In this document: positions 36,749-45,898 of the stretch, one piece after another
Position numbering within the stretch: the stretch's first letter is position 1
Layout: every line of letters starts with the position of its first letter
From: Fidelibacterota bacterium
GTDB lineage: Bacteria > Fidelibacterota > UBA8477 > JABMPR01
Direction: 5' to 3'
Assembly: GCA_021736185.1 (NCBI GenBank)
Contig: JAIPGJ010000003.1
Location: 1 to 63,478, forward strand
Length of the DNA: 63,478 nt
Made by a program: the position numbers and the translations under genes
The notes under the pieces: model-generated
Database searches by the model: none
Told to the model about the DNA's origin: nothing
What the model saw: the letters and a program-made list of their open reading frames with translations, nothing else

Positions 36749-38287
36749 CTAGCCCTCTCCTGAAGTGAGATATTTTGTGCGATTCACAATACCTGAGTAT
36801 GCCAATTCTAGATTTTTGGCCAGATGCTTTTTATTATAATTATTCAATTTATAGTGATATTTGAGCATATCCTTTTCGAAACACTCATTAATCTCAACCC
36901 AGTTTTTATCACGATGCAATCTGGCGTACTGCTGCAAGCCTTCTACATAATTTTCTGCTGGAATTTCCACATCACTCTTGCGGAAATTAGGGAAAGTAAT
37001 GCCTCGACTTCGAAGTCTTTCGGTGGCTGAGTAAAATGAGGATGCTGGAAAATCAAGGGCCTCAAGTGTCTTATTACCCACTCCTGTATTCAGATAATGA
37101 TAGAGAAATAAATTGTAATGGAATAGATCCTTTATTTTCACCCAATTCAAACTCTTGGAAAATGCAAACAGGTCTTCATTGGCAGAGTCAGCCATCTCCC
37201 CAGGGAAATGCTCTTCCAAAAAGATAACATATTGATTCATGACCTGTAAACGATCCCCCTTAAGGGGCACACCACTTTTGGCCAATGCCAGGACAGATCC
37301 AAAGGCTTGTTGATAATAGAAAAACGCTTTGGTGATATCCGCGATCTTACGATGATATATTCTACCCAACAACAGACATGCACCAGGCAATTCAGAAGCA
37401 ATTGAGAATTGCTGGCTCACTTCCATAGCTATTTTTGCAGCTTCCAAGGCATGCTCAACATCACCCATAACATGATATAGTTCTGCCAGCTTTAATTGAA
37501 TTTTAGCTGAAAACCTTGCGTTGGTAACCTTTTCCAGAAGACCTTTAAAATATTGAATAGCTTCTGAATTGCGGTTCTGACTAACCAGAATGCAGCCTCT
37601 GGAAAAATCAATACTCCAGTGAAGATACTGAAAACCGAATAGTGCCGCCGTCTCATGGGCTTGATCCAGGTGGGTCGTTGCATCCGCCAGATTTTCCTGC
37701 TGAAGCAATTCCAGAGCCAGAGCATAATGTGCTTGAGATTCTAAAACAGTCATCTCGTATTTGTTGAAATAGGCGATGCTCTGTAGCCATTTTTTTAGAA
37801 CGAACTTTTTATCTGAAGCAGAGTCTAAAACCAGCAACTGAAAGTTAATCATTTGTTTCATCTTATTAGATGAGGTGATGCTTCTGGCTTTCTCCAAATA
37901 TCTATAAGCAGCATTGAAGTCATCTATCTGGCTAAAAAATCCTGAATATTCATAATAAAAATACCCCAGGGCGCCCTCCTGCTGGGTACCCTGGTTCAGA
38001 ACGCTAATTTTATCAGCAACTTGCTCAAAAAGCTCCGTGGCGAATAGATAATTACCTTCAAGACGAGCTATTTTCGCATAGGTAATTTTCTGCAAGGCCT
38101 CAAGCATACGGTTACGACGCTCTGAGATTTTACCTTGATTTAACATCAAGGCAACTTTGTCCTCGTCAAGGAATCCAATCTGACCAAGCAAAGCATAGCA
38201 TTCTGGGGCGTGGAACTTTTCCACAGCTTCACCTGATTCAGTGGTTTTGTTTATTTCATTGCTCAGAAGTATTTGCCGCTGTGCCAT
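36749..38287 (-). CDS. TPR-like repeat protein with a C-terminal Fis-type HTH-like segment (putative regulator)
   Basis: SD AGGAGG. Repeated helical-pair segments rich in A/Y/L (e.g. YFYYEYSGFFSQIDDFNAAYRYLEKA, LKLAELYHVMGDVEHALEAAKIAMEV). The C-terminus KKHLAKNLELAYSGIVNRTKYL resembles a Fis-type HTH. Confidence 0.5.
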   Translation of the reverse strand: MAQRQILLSNEINKTTESGEAVEKFHAPECYALLGQIGFLDEDKVALMLNQGKISERRNRMLEALQKITYAKIARLEGNYLFATELFEQVADKISVLNQGTQQEGALGYFYYEYSGFFSQIDDFNAAYRYLEKARSITSSNKMKQMINFQLLVLDSASDKKFVLKKWLQSIAYFNKYEMTVLESQAHYALALELLQQENLADATTHLDQAHETAALFGFQYLHWSIDFSRGCILVSQNRNSEAIQYFKGLLEKVTNARFSAKIQLKLAELYHVMGDVEHALEAAKIAMEVSQQFSIASELPGACLLLGRIYHRKIADITKAFFYYQQAFGSVLALAKSGVPLKGDRLQVMNQYVIFLEEHFPGEMADSANEDLFAFSKSLNWVKIKDLFHYNLFLYHYLNTGVGNKTLEALDFPASSFYSATERLRSRGITFPNFRKSDVEIPAENYVEGLQQYARLHRDKNWVEINECFEKDMLKYHYKLNNYNKKHLAKNLELAYSGIVNRTKYLTSGEG

Positions 38288-38690
38288 GCTTCCTCCTACT
38301 CATCCATTGATTCATGTATGAGGTCCTGCAAATTAAAATTGGCCACACGTATCGTGTTTACCTCCTAAATAATTTATCGGGTGTGAAAGATAATTTGTCA
38401 ATGGTTCGTTAACAAACTTATTGCTGATTTTAAGCTATAATAAATAAAATAAAAGGGCAAATGCCGATAAATATATAATATTTCTTATATTTTATTAAAT
38501 ATTTTACCGTTCATATTCATACGCTTTTTCCAATAGTGAGCGCAATCATCCTCTTTCCTGAACTCGCCCCTACCGTGGATTTAAAATTTCCAGTTGAATA
38601 TCATCTACCCTTCACCCTTTTTCCACGCAGCTTTCCATTTATATTTCTTGCCACATAGTTCAGTGATAACACGAATTGAAGAATTAAATC

Positions 38691-40499
38691 ATGGAATCGA
38701 ATATGTCGGAAAACATGCTCACAGAAATTGAAGAACTTGAAACCCACTTCAGCACCGATGAAGGAACTGTAAAAGCAGTGGATAAGGTCTCTTTCAGCCT
38801 GAAAAAAGGTCGCACGGTTGGCGTTGTGGGTGAATCAGGTTCAGGAAAATCTGTGACATCCCTTTCTCTCATGCGCTTAATACCCAATCCTCCGGGGAAA
38901 ATTGTAGGCGGTCGGCTTAAATATTATTCCAGAACCAAGGGACTTGTTGATTTAACTGAAGTTCCGGAAAATGAGATGCGCGAATTCCGGGGGAATGAAA
39001 TTGCCATGATTTTCCAGGAACCCATGACCTCCTTGAATCCAGTTTTCACTTGTGGAGACCAGGTCATGGAAGCACTCATTCTGCATCAAAAAATGAGTAA
39101 GGCCCAAGCCAGAGCCAGAACACTGGAACTATTTAAAGAGGTTGAACTTCCTCGCCCTGAAAAGATTATTGATGCCTACCCGCATCAGATTTCCGGTGGA
39201 CAGAAACAACGCGTGATGATTGCCATGGCCATGTCATGCAATCCGCAAATCCTCATCGCTGACGAGCCCACGACGGCCCTGGATGTGACGGTTCAGGCAA
39301 CCATCCTTGATTTGATGCGGAGACTGAGGGACTCTCATGACATGGGAATTATTTTCATCACCCATGATCTGGGTGTTATCGCAGAAATAGCGGATCATGT
39401 GGTGGTGATGTACAAAGGCAAGATCGTTGAGCAAGGTTCGGTCTGGGAGATCTTTTCAAATCCGCAACATCCCTATACCAAAGGATTACTGGCTTGTCGT
39501 CCTCCCCTGGATCATCGCTTGAAATTACTTCCCACCATGGCAGACTTTATGTCAGAGAGTGCTGATGGGGAAATGCTTGAGATCAAAAAAACAGTGGATG
39601 AAACCATCAAAGACTTGATCATCACGCCAGAGGAGACCGCCAAACGTCACAAAATTCTCTATGCACAAGACCCCATTCTGACCATCAAGAATTTGAAAAC
39701 CTACTTCCCTGTGCGCGAAGGCTTGTTTAGCAAAGTGGTGGATCACGTAAAAGCCGTGGATGATGTCAGCTTTGATGTATACCCCGGTGAGACTCTGGGT
39801 CTGGTGGGAGAGTCAGGCTGTGGAAAAACCACGCTGGGCAGAACCATACTGCGACTCATCGAGCCTACGGCTGGACGCATCATCTTCCACGGACAGGATA
39901 TAACCGATATTTCCGGAGAAGAACTGCGTGAAATCAGGAGAAGGATTCAAATTATTTTTCAGGATCCCTACTCCTCCCTGAATCCAAGAATTACCATCGG
40001 ATCTGCCATTCTGGAGCCCATGCAGGTACATCATTTGCATGAAGATGAGCAAAAACGACGTCAAAAGGTCCAGGAGTTGTTGGAAAGAGTGAATCTGGAC
40101 CCCAATCACTACAATCGTTATCCCCATGAATTTTCCGGTGGTCAGAGACAACGCATCTGTATTGCGCGTGCGCTGGCTGTTCAGCCTGAATTTGTGATCT
40201 GTGATGAGTCCGTTTCAGCTCTGGATGTCTCGGTTCAAGCCCAGGTTCTTAACTTGCTCAATGAACTCAGGGATGAATTTGGACTGACTTATATATTTAT
40301 CTCCCATGATCTTTCTGTGGTGAAATTTATGTCCGATAGGATGGTGGTCATGAATGATGGTAAAGTGGAAGAAATGGGTGATGCCGATAGTGTCTACCAG
40401 AACCCCCAAACCGATTATACCAAGCGACTGATTGCAGCCATCCCCCGCGGAGATCTGGGGGATATTGAAAAATCCTTCCTATCCAGAAAGGTTGAATAG
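38691..40499 (+). CDS. Fused double ABC ATPase of the oligopeptide/dipeptide (DppD-DppF / GsiA-like) type
   Basis: Two nucleotide-binding domains: GESGSGKS with ISGGQKQR, and GESGCGKTT with FSGGQRQR. Oligopeptide-type C-terminal extensions (HPYTKGLL, TDYTKRLI). The start could instead be the ATG at 38703. Confidence 0.8.
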   Translation: MESNMSENMLTEIEELETHFSTDEGTVKAVDKVSFSLKKGRTVGVVGESGSGKSVTSLSLMRLIPNPPGKIVGGRLKYYSRTKGLVDLTEVPENEMREFRGNEIAMIFQEPMTSLNPVFTCGDQVMEALILHQKMSKAQARARTLELFKEVELPRPEKIIDAYPHQISGGQKQRVMIAMAMSCNPQILIADEPTTALDVTVQATILDLMRRLRDSHDMGIIFITHDLGVIAEIADHVVVMYKGKIVEQGSVWEIFSNPQHPYTKGLLACRPPLDHRLKLLPTMADFMSESADGEMLEIKKTVDETIKDLIITPEETAKRHKILYAQDPILTIKNLKTYFPVREGLFSKVVDHVKAVDDVSFDVYPGETLGLVGESGCGKTTLGRTILRLIEPTAGRIIFHGQDITDISGEELREIRRRIQIIFQDPYSSLNPRITIGSAILEPMQVHHLHEDEQKRRQKVQELLERVNLDPNHYNRYPHEFSGGQRQRICIARALAVQPEFVICDESVSALDVSVQAQVLNLLNELRDEFGLTYIFISHDLSVVKFMSDRMVVMNDGKVEEMGDADSVYQNPQTDYTKRLIAAIPRGDLGDIEKSFLSRKVE

Positions 40500-40557
40500 A
40501 AAGGATTTATTTTAAGCTTTTTATTACATGGAGCGACCCGGAACGAGCCAGTTTTGT

Positions 40558-40875
40558 TTATTTGCTTCCTGATTTTTTAAGCTTTTTGTCCACCTCATCA
40601 ATGACCTTGTCAATGGCTTCACGTTGAAAATCCAGAGTCGCATCGTCCAGCTGCTTCACGGTTGATTTGCCAAGGTTGAGTTTATCTTTTATCGCCTGCA
40701 TTGGATCATCCTCGGTTGCATAGAGAAAAACCCCGTAGGCGAGAACCACAGCTAACATTATCAGAAACAGTTTTAAAACTTTTTTTAATAAAAATATGAC
40801 CAACCCGATAGCAATAATGATTGCAATTGCCAGATAAATCTTGTTGCTCATGAGAAGATCTAAAAAATCCTGCAT
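40558..40875 (-). CDS. Hypothetical small membrane protein
   Basis: Two TM helices and a charged C-terminal tail. SD-like AAGGAA. Confidence 0.4.
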   Translation of the reverse strand: MQDFLDLLMSNKIYLAIAIIIAIGLVIFLLKKVLKLFLIMLAVVLAYGVFLYATEDDPMQAIKDKLNLGKSTVKQLDDATLDFQREAIDKVIDEVDKKLKKSGSK

Positions 40876-41031
40876 CTTTTCAATTCCTTGCGTTCGTAGA
40901 GGTGTTCAGATGACCCAATTCATTGATATTCAAGGAACACACTCAAGTTTAAGTTCTGATTTCGTGCGATGTTAAGATCGACTATAGAAAATCAAAATAA
41001 AAACTAATTCGGCAACATTGAGACGATAGCT

Positions 41032-41397
41032 CTAGGACTTTACCAGACGCATGGGTTTGAGTACCATTTTACATTCTTCACATCTTCCAGGAGTATCCTG
41101 GCGGACATGACTGTGAATCTCCATGGGACATCCATAATATTCCATCTTGTCCTCTGTTGTGATGACGCCAGGAACCAAAGTCATATTGCATTCGGGGCAG
41201 GTACCAGGCGCAGAGCTATGGATATGCTTGTGGGACTCCATGGGGCAGGTATAGTAGATGATTTTCTCTCCATCTGCTGTTGTTTTGGTCATCTCCATCT
41301 CGGTATGGTTTTCGTGTTTCATTGCAGGAACTGGTTTCTCTTTGCCGCAAGCAACGAAAAGAACTGCTACCAGAGCAGTCATCCATAAATATTTCAT
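41032..41397 (-). CDS. Lipoprotein with two heavy-metal-binding (HMBD, YTCPMH...CPxCxM) modules
   Basis: Signal ending LFVAC. Modules YYTCPMESHKHIHSSAPGTCPECNMTL and YYGCPMEIHSHVRQDTPGRCEECKMVL. Confidence 0.7.
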   Translation of the reverse strand: MKYLWMTALVAVLFVACGKEKPVPAMKHENHTEMEMTKTTADGEKIIYYTCPMESHKHIHSSAPGTCPECNMTLVPGVITTEDKMEYYGCPMEIHSHVRQDTPGRCEECKMVLKPMRLVKS

Positions 41398-41438
41398 ATT
41401 TTTACCTCTTTCTTTTGTTTATACATATTTTTATAGCA

Positions 41439-41759
41439 TCACATCATTGCACAATCAATACCATCAAGCACCATATGGATAATCAAGCCTATGGATATCA
41501 CCCTTGTTTTTCGGGGAATCAATAAAAGCATATAGACTCCTATCGCCCATGCAGAATGCAAGGGATGAAATCCCAGGCTACAGCGGCCAGGGTCATAAAC
41601 AGGCGTGGCTAATAGATGATCCAAGTCCACTAGAATGGTAGCTGACATCATCAACCAATAGTAGGACCAGCTTCTCACGGGGTGCATGAATTTACTCATC
41701 CACGGCGCTATGGCTGCCGGGACCAGAAAATGAGCCAGGATATGAATCATTCCACGCAT
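41439..41759 (-). CDS. Small His-rich polytopic membrane protein (DUF6122-like; family name recalled from memory, not verified)
   Basis: Segments LVDLDHLLATPVYDPGRCSLGFHPLHS. The ATG overlaps the copZ-like stop (TAATG). Confidence 0.45.
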   Translation of the reverse strand: MRGMIHILAHFLVPAAIAPWMSKFMHPVRSWSYYWLMMSATILVDLDHLLATPVYDPGRCSLGFHPLHSAWAIGVYMLLLIPRKTRVISIGLIIHMVLDGIDCAMM

Positions 41760-42001
41760 TATTTGGAGAACAGACTCCCCAGGAAGCCCTTTTTCTGGGT
41801 GCTCAGCTCAGGATTGAAACCTGAATCTCTAATGATTTCAGCTGTATCCTCAGTGCTCAGATTCCCTTCTACAGAAACCTGTTTTTTTGATAATTGGATA
41901 TCAAAAGTTTCAATACGAGTGTCAGCTTCCAAACTCTGACGAATTGTGGCGACACAACCGTTGCAATTCATGTCACTCACTTTAAATACATGTTTTTCCA
42001 T
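41759..42001 (-). CDS. Heavy-metal-associated (HMA) domain metallochaperone, CopZ-like
   Basis: M-x-C-x-x-C motif (VSDMNCNGCVATI). 80 aa. SD GGAG. Confidence 0.75.
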   Translation of the reverse strand: MEKHVFKVSDMNCNGCVATIRQSLEADTRIETFDIQLSKKQVSVEGNLSTEDTAEIIRDSGFNPELSTQKKGFLGSLFSK

Positions 42002-42139
42002 TATTCATACTCCAGTATTACTTAAGGTTATTATTTATTTTTTTCAGTACGAGATGACTGCAAAAGAATGAACCAATCCTCTGCATCCTCTTCAATTTAA
42101 ATATTCTCAATATGAACCTGACATAATAAAAGTCACTAT

Positions 42140-45100
42140 TTATTCTTGCTTCTTATATAGACGTCTTTCGGCGGCTATCACATATAAAATTGGAACCACA
42201 AAGGTGGTGCTGATGGCAAATAACATCCCTCCAAAGGATGGAATCGCCATGGGCACCATGACATCCGAGCCCCTTCCTGTGGAGGTTAATACAGGAATCA
42301 ATGCCAGAAGTGTCGTCGCTGTGGTGAGCATGGCGGGACGAATCCTTTTTGAACCAGCCTGGATAGCCGCATCATGAATTTCCTCACGACTAGCTGGTTT
42401 CAATGTTTCAAAAGCTTGATCCAGATAGGTCGATATAAGTACACCATCATCAGTGGCAATCCCGAACAGGGCCAGAAAACCCACCCAGACTGCCACACTC
42501 AGGTTGATTTCATGAATTTGGAAAACTTCTCGAAGCTGCAAGCCACCCAGCGAAAAATTCATAAACCAGGGTTGACCATAAAGCCATATCAGGGTAAAAC
42601 CGCCAGCCCACGCTACAAATATCCCGGAGAAAACGATCAGAGTGGTGGAACTCCGCTTGAACTGCATGTATAGGATGAGAAAGATGGAGGCCAGAGCCAG
42701 TGGCAACACGAGTCGCATACGCTTCGTAGCTCGAATCTGATTCTGATAGGAACCGGTAAAAGCGTAGCTGATTCCTTCCGGGATCACCAATTGCTTGTCA
42801 GCGATCAACGCCTGCAAATAGTCTTGCGCCTGCTCAACCACCTCTACTTCGGCATATCCCTCCTGCTTGTCAAAAAGCACATATGAGAGCAAAAATGTAT
42901 TTTCGCTTTTTATGACCTGAGGACCTCTGGTATAATTTATTGTGGCCAGTTGCCCCAGCGGAATCTGGGCTCCTGATGAAGTTGGGACCAGAATGGTCTC
43001 CAAACTTTCATCATCATCCCGAAGTTCACGCATATAGCGTACCCTGATGGGGTAGCGCTCCCGCCCTTCGATGGTAGTCCCCACTTGCCTGCCGCCAACC
43101 GCAACTGCAATCACTTGCTGGACATCCTGGATGGATAGACCGTAGCGCGCAATGGCATCTCGATGTATATCAATTTCCAGATAGGGCTTACCAACGATCC
43201 TGTCGGCAAATACCGCGCTGGCTTTGACCGAGGGGACTGCTTTGAGCAAACGTTCCAGTTCCAGGCCAAAAGCCTCCATGGATTCAATATCCGATCCCTG
43301 AATCCTGATGCCCATGGGTGCCCGCATGCCACTTTGCAGCATGACGATACGAGCCGCAATGGGTTGCAGTTTGGGAGCTGAAGTGGTGCCAGGAATCTGG
43401 GCTGCCTGAATCAGTTCATCCCAGATATCCTGAGTCGTTCTGATGTGATCTCGCCATTGGCGGAATGGTTTTCCCCGGGGATTGGGAATTAACGCACCCC
43501 CATCGTCTCTGGCGAAGGTGCCATCAGCCTGCATTTCAAAGCGCAGGATATTGCCTGCCTCATCCTGCTTATACTCGGACTTGTAGTTAACAATGGATTC
43601 AATCATGGATAAGGGAGCTGGATCAAGTGCCGATTCAACCCGGCCTATTTTTCCCACGACCTCTTCCACTTCGGGAATGGATTTTAAAGCCTTATCAAGT
43701 GTAGATACGACTTCCAAAGCCTCTTCCATCCCTGCGTGTGGCATGGTTGTAGGCATATACAGGAACGATCCTTCATCAAGAGCTGGCATAAATTCTCGCC
43801 CAAGACCAGGGAATATGTTGGCCATTTTCTGATACGGTCGACTGCTCCTCACAAATTCAGGAGACCAGTTCATCAGGTTATCAAATCCCAACCAGGCATT
43901 CAAGCCCAAAACCACAATTAGCACCGGGAGTGTAAGAGCATGAACCCGATGGTGAAGCATCCAGGATAATATCCTAGGATAGTAAAATGTGAATCGTTGA
44001 ATGAACCAGAGAATACTTCCAATGAGAATCCCCACAAAAATGAGATTCACTGCTAAACTTGACTGGTATCCAAGAGGCATCCAGGTGAGCGTAATGATAA
44101 ATACGACTCCCAGTACAATGAGCATATTCAGAGTTGTGGGTTGATACAGCCAGGCGTACCTGGTCAACCATGGTTTCATCAGTCGAACACCAATGATCAC
44201 TCCTAACAGGATTCCCAGTATGACGCTGTAGGCTAATCCGAGCCACACTGCAACCGGAAGGAGGAGTATTAAGGAAGCCTTTGAAACCCAACGACGGCGC
44301 GATTTGACTGAAAATATAAAACTGGCGGCCACGGGAAGGACCATGACAGCCAGTACCACTGAAGCAATCAAGGCAAATGTTTTAGTATAGGCCAGGGGTT
44401 TGAATAATTTCCCCTCTGCTCCTTCCATGGTGAATACTGGTAAAAAGCTGATCACCGTGGTTGAGACTGCAGTGAGAATCGCCGGACCAACTTCACGAGC
44501 CGCCGCACCAATTTTCAGCAGGAGTGGCTGAGGATCATCCTGATTCTCCATTTTGCCCAGAATATTTTCAGTCATGATAATGCCCATGTCCACAATGGTC
44601 CCAATGGCAATGGCGATACCGGATAAGGCCACAATATTGGCATCAACATGGAACAGTTTCATTCCGACAAAAGTGAAGAGAACCGCCGCTGGCATCAACA
44701 AACTGATGAGAATCGAGGCCCGCAAATGCATGAGCAGGACCAGAATCACGATGAGGGTAATAATTAATTCATCCCGCAGGGCATGATTCAGTGTCCCTAA
44801 GGTTTCATAAATCAATCCCGATCTGTCATAGAATGGAACAATGGTGACCTTTGATGTGCGACCATCATCCAGCGTTTTGGAGGGCAAGCCAGGTGATATT
44901 TCCTTGATCTTTTCTTTGATGGCATTGATGGTCGCCAGAGGGTTTTCACCATAGCGAGTGACCACAACGCCACCAACCACTTCAGCACCCTCCTTATCCA
45001 GGGCACCCCGCCTCAGAGCCGGACCAAAACTGACATGAGCAACATCCGCAATGGTGATCGGAGCATTATCAATGACTTTCAAAACGGTGGCATCAATATC

Positions 45101-45898
45101 ATCCAGAGTCTTGATAAATCCCAACCCACGGATCATATACTCCACCCGATTTATTTCAACCGTTCGGGCGCCGATTTCATTATTGGCCTTTTTAACAGCG
45201 CTAAAGACCTGGAGCAGGGTGATTCCATAGTGTCTGAGTGCCTGGGGATTCACATCAATTTGATATTCCTTCACATATCCACCGACCGAGGCCACTTCGG
45301 AAACCCCCCTGGCTGTAGAAAGACCGTATTTTACATAGTAATCCTGTAATGATCTGAGTTCATCCAAATCCCAGCCACCGGTGACCTCACCCTCATCATC
45401 TCGCCCTTCAAGGGTATACCAAAACACCTGACCCAGGGCTGTTGCATCGGGACCCAATGTGGGTTTTACTTCTTCAGGAAGCGTTCCAGATGGCAAGGAA
45501 CTGAGTTTTTCAAGAATCCGACTCCGTGACCAGTAAAATTCTACCTCTTCATTAAAAATCACGTAGATCGTGGAAAAACCAAACATGGAGAAGGAACGCA
45601 CCGTCTTCACTCCAGGTGTACCCAGGAGGGCTACGGTTAACGGATAGGTGATCTGGTCTTCAATATCCTGGGGTGATCGACCTGCCCATTCCGAAAACAC
45701 GATCTGCTGGTTCTCTCCAATATCCGGGATGGCATCAACCGGGATAGGAGATCTTTCGATGCCCGGGATATTCCAGTCAAAAGGTGCTGTGAAAATGCCC
45801 CATAATAGAAGTGCGGCGAACACCACCAGGGTGATCAGTCTGTTCTCCAGGGGTAGGCTAATCAGGCGATCAAGCAGACTCCTTTTTTCGTCATTCAT
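42140..45898 (-). CDS. CusA/CzcA-family heavy-metal efflux RND permease, unusually long (1252 aa)
   Basis: RND architecture with two large periplasmic loops, conserved blocks (GIAIAIGTIVDMGIIMTEN, FGIATDDGVL) and GREFMPALDEGSFLYMP after the central TM helix. The ATG overlaps the adaptor gene stop. Confidence 0.85.
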   Translation of the reverse strand: MNDEKRSLLDRLISLPLENRLITLVVFAALLLWGIFTAPFDWNIPGIERSPIPVDAIPDIGENQQIVFSEWAGRSPQDIEDQITYPLTVALLGTPGVKTVRSFSMFGFSTIYVIFNEEVEFYWSRSRILEKLSSLPSGTLPEEVKPTLGPDATALGQVFWYTLEGRDDEGEVTGGWDLDELRSLQDYYVKYGLSTARGVSEVASVGGYVKEYQIDVNPQALRHYGITLLQVFSAVKKANNEIGARTVEINRVEYMIRGLGFIKTLDDIDATVLKVIDNAPITIADVAHVSFGPALRRGALDKEGAEVVGGVVVTRYGENPLATINAIKEKIKEISPGLPSKTLDDGRTSKVTIVPFYDRSGLIYETLGTLNHALRDELIITLIVILVLLMHLRASILISLLMPAAVLFTFVGMKLFHVDANIVALSGIAIAIGTIVDMGIIMTENILGKMENQDDPQPLLLKIGAAAREVGPAILTAVSTTVISFLPVFTMEGAEGKLFKPLAYTKTFALIASVVLAVMVLPVAASFIFSVKSRRRWVSKASLILLLPVAVWLGLAYSVILGILLGVIIGVRLMKPWLTRYAWLYQPTTLNMLIVLGVVFIITLTWMPLGYQSSLAVNLIFVGILIGSILWFIQRFTFYYPRILSWMLHHRVHALTLPVLIVVLGLNAWLGFDNLMNWSPEFVRSSRPYQKMANIFPGLGREFMPALDEGSFLYMPTTMPHAGMEEALEVVSTLDKALKSIPEVEEVVGKIGRVESALDPAPLSMIESIVNYKSEYKQDEAGNILRFEMQADGTFARDDGGALIPNPRGKPFRQWRDHIRTTQDIWDELIQAAQIPGTTSAPKLQPIAARIVMLQSGMRAPMGIRIQGSDIESMEAFGLELERLLKAVPSVKASAVFADRIVGKPYLEIDIHRDAIARYGLSIQDVQQVIAVAVGGRQVGTTIEGRERYPIRVRYMRELRDDDESLETILVPTSSGAQIPLGQLATINYTRGPQVIKSENTFLLSYVLFDKQEGYAEVEVVEQAQDYLQALIADKQLVIPEGISYAFTGSYQNQIRATKRMRLVLPLALASIFLILYMQFKRSSTTLIVFSGIFVAWAGGFTLIWLYGQPWFMNFSLGGLQLREVFQIHEINLSVAVWVGFLALFGIATDDGVLISTYLDQAFETLKPASREEIHDAAIQAGSKRIRPAMLTTATTLLALIPVLTSTGRGSDVMVPMAIPSFGGMLFAISTTFVVPILYVIAAERRLYKKQE

